64,000 nt of DNA from contig OU015567.1 of the NCBI GenBank assembly GCA_907165135.1, positions 3,782,001 through 3,846,000 on the forward strand, written 5' to 3'. The stretch comes from Oikopleura dioica (taxonomy: Eukaryota > Animalia > Chordata). The notes beneath the pieces were generated by a model. It did not search any database. It was not told where the DNA came from and was given only the letters and a program-made list of their open reading frames with translations. This document shows positions 62,839-64,000 of the stretch, in pieces; position 1 is the stretch's first letter; each line of letters opens with the position of its first letter. Both the position numbers and the translations under genes were made by a program.

Positions 62839-64000
62839 TTAGTCGCGTAATCGACCTTTTGAGTTGACTGCTCCAAGTTCGGACTTTGGATCAGGATAAA
62901 ATGTGGACCAGTAGCTCTAAAAAGCATATTGACGATTGAAATTAAAAGAGGGTTAACCTTGGAGCAGTCGGGAAGAGGCGATGAAGAGCTAGTTGTGCAA
63001 GTAGAAGCGATCGTCCATCCTTTTGCAAGAATTTCATCCGTCCAAGCGTTCAGCTCATGAGAAACGAAGCTAGAATTCCGCGCAAGTTGAAGCTTGAATA
63101 ATGAAGATTTATCTTCCGTAGGAACGCCTTCAATTATCTTCTCCCAGAGCTAGATTCATGATGAAATTGGCGCAATAGAAAGGTAAAGACAAACCCTGAG
63201 GTCTTTCTTTTTATTGTTCAGCTCTTTGGACCCGCCATTACTCCTAGCAGCGTCCGATGAATCGATGGGTTGCTGGCCAAACAAGCCAAGAGGTGATACT
63301 AGAATCTTTTAGCGAGAATGACGAGCGCGTTCTTTACCTGTGAAATGAGTTCTTGAGCCTTCGATAAACTTCATCGATCTAGTGCCGCGGACATAAACAG
63401 ACACGGTCCAGACACCAGGTCTGAGGGGTAAGTTCAGCGCTAGCTTTTCGGCTGCTACGACTTCTCCGCCTACAGAAAATAAATAAAAAAATATTCTACA
63501 AGCACGATAAAGCACCACGTTAAAGGATCACCGATAAATGTTCAAAACTTACCAAGCTCTCCTTCACAATGAAAAGTAGACGTTTTCGCCCGTTTCTTTC
63601 GCTTTTCTTCATCTGTGTTAGAAAAAAATCTGGTTAGAACACATCGAGTTACGAGACAGAGGCAGAATGATGAATAATCAAGCCTATCGTTATACCTTCT
63701 GGAATGTCCATTTCAATTTGATCAGCTGGATGGCCTGATGGATCCTGGACGATGGCAATCGCATGAAATTTTTCTTGGACATTATGGAAGCGGAAAGAAG
63801 CGTGCATTGGAAGAAGGGTTGAGATCAGCCCTCCTGGGTCGCGGAAGACCAGTTCTTTAACATCCCATTTTGTCCCGATCTACGAAAATTACTATTTCAC
63901 CTTTTCTAATTGACCAACCTGTATTGAAAGAGGGATTTCAGGCTCCTTTTCTTTCGCTTCTTCAATTTTCTTTACATAAATCTCCCTTGAATCGCCATTT
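62839..64000 (-). CDS. XYLT1: Xylosyltransferase, 3' part (gene continues beyond the window)
   Basis: WDVKELVFRDPGG, LNLPLRPGVWTV and terminal PDPKSELGAVNSKGRLRD* match the Xylo_C region of XYLT1/2. The paralog is not resolved. Confidence 0.88.

Noticed and set aside
1-64000. rRNA, tRNA, snRNA or spliced-leader RNA genes and autonomous transposases or reverse transcriptases
   Set aside because: None recognised by eye. A covariance-model scan (Infernal/tRNAscan-SE) would be needed to exclude small RNAs in 14-21 kb and 39-41.5 kb.

Overview
This is eukaryotic, very gene-dense DNA with about 25 intron-containing genes. Most introns are 39-62 nt, several need non-canonical GA-AG splice donors, and TTTCAG acceptors often lie just upstream of start codons. 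The gene set is chordate-like. Together these features point to the appendicularian tunicate Oikopleura (inference; no database search was run). The supplied ORF track is mostly exon fragments or antisense noise, so genes were rebuilt by hand from splice sites and protein motifs, and boundaries are approximate. Gene order: GOPC, ZNRF, AGTRAP (+, operon-like); a divergent PKG (-) whose 2.5-kb intron holds a transposon inside a transposon and an antisense EF-hand gene; a ~9-kb largely non-coding stretch; ETS1/2, HAL, NAT8-like GNAT; a GFRalpha/GFRAL-like receptor with a Foldback/MULE-type element in one intron; GH1 beta-glucosidase, LARP4, CPT2; then a block of secreted or surface proteins (DD3-3 with an inserted C-type lectin, CAP/GLIPR2-like, LRR, Cys-rich lectin, GGT, Ly6/GPI protein, carboxylesterase, QPD lectin); a spliced bacterial-type macrodomain gene; and the 3' part of xylosyltransferase. 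I found no rRNA, tRNA or CRISPR array. The best leads are the degenerate bacterial-type macrodomain fused to a long acidic region, the DD3-3/lectin chimera, the transmembrane GFRalpha-like receptor, the PKG with altered cGMP-site and kinase motifs, and single-base frameshifts at 5-nt homopolymers.
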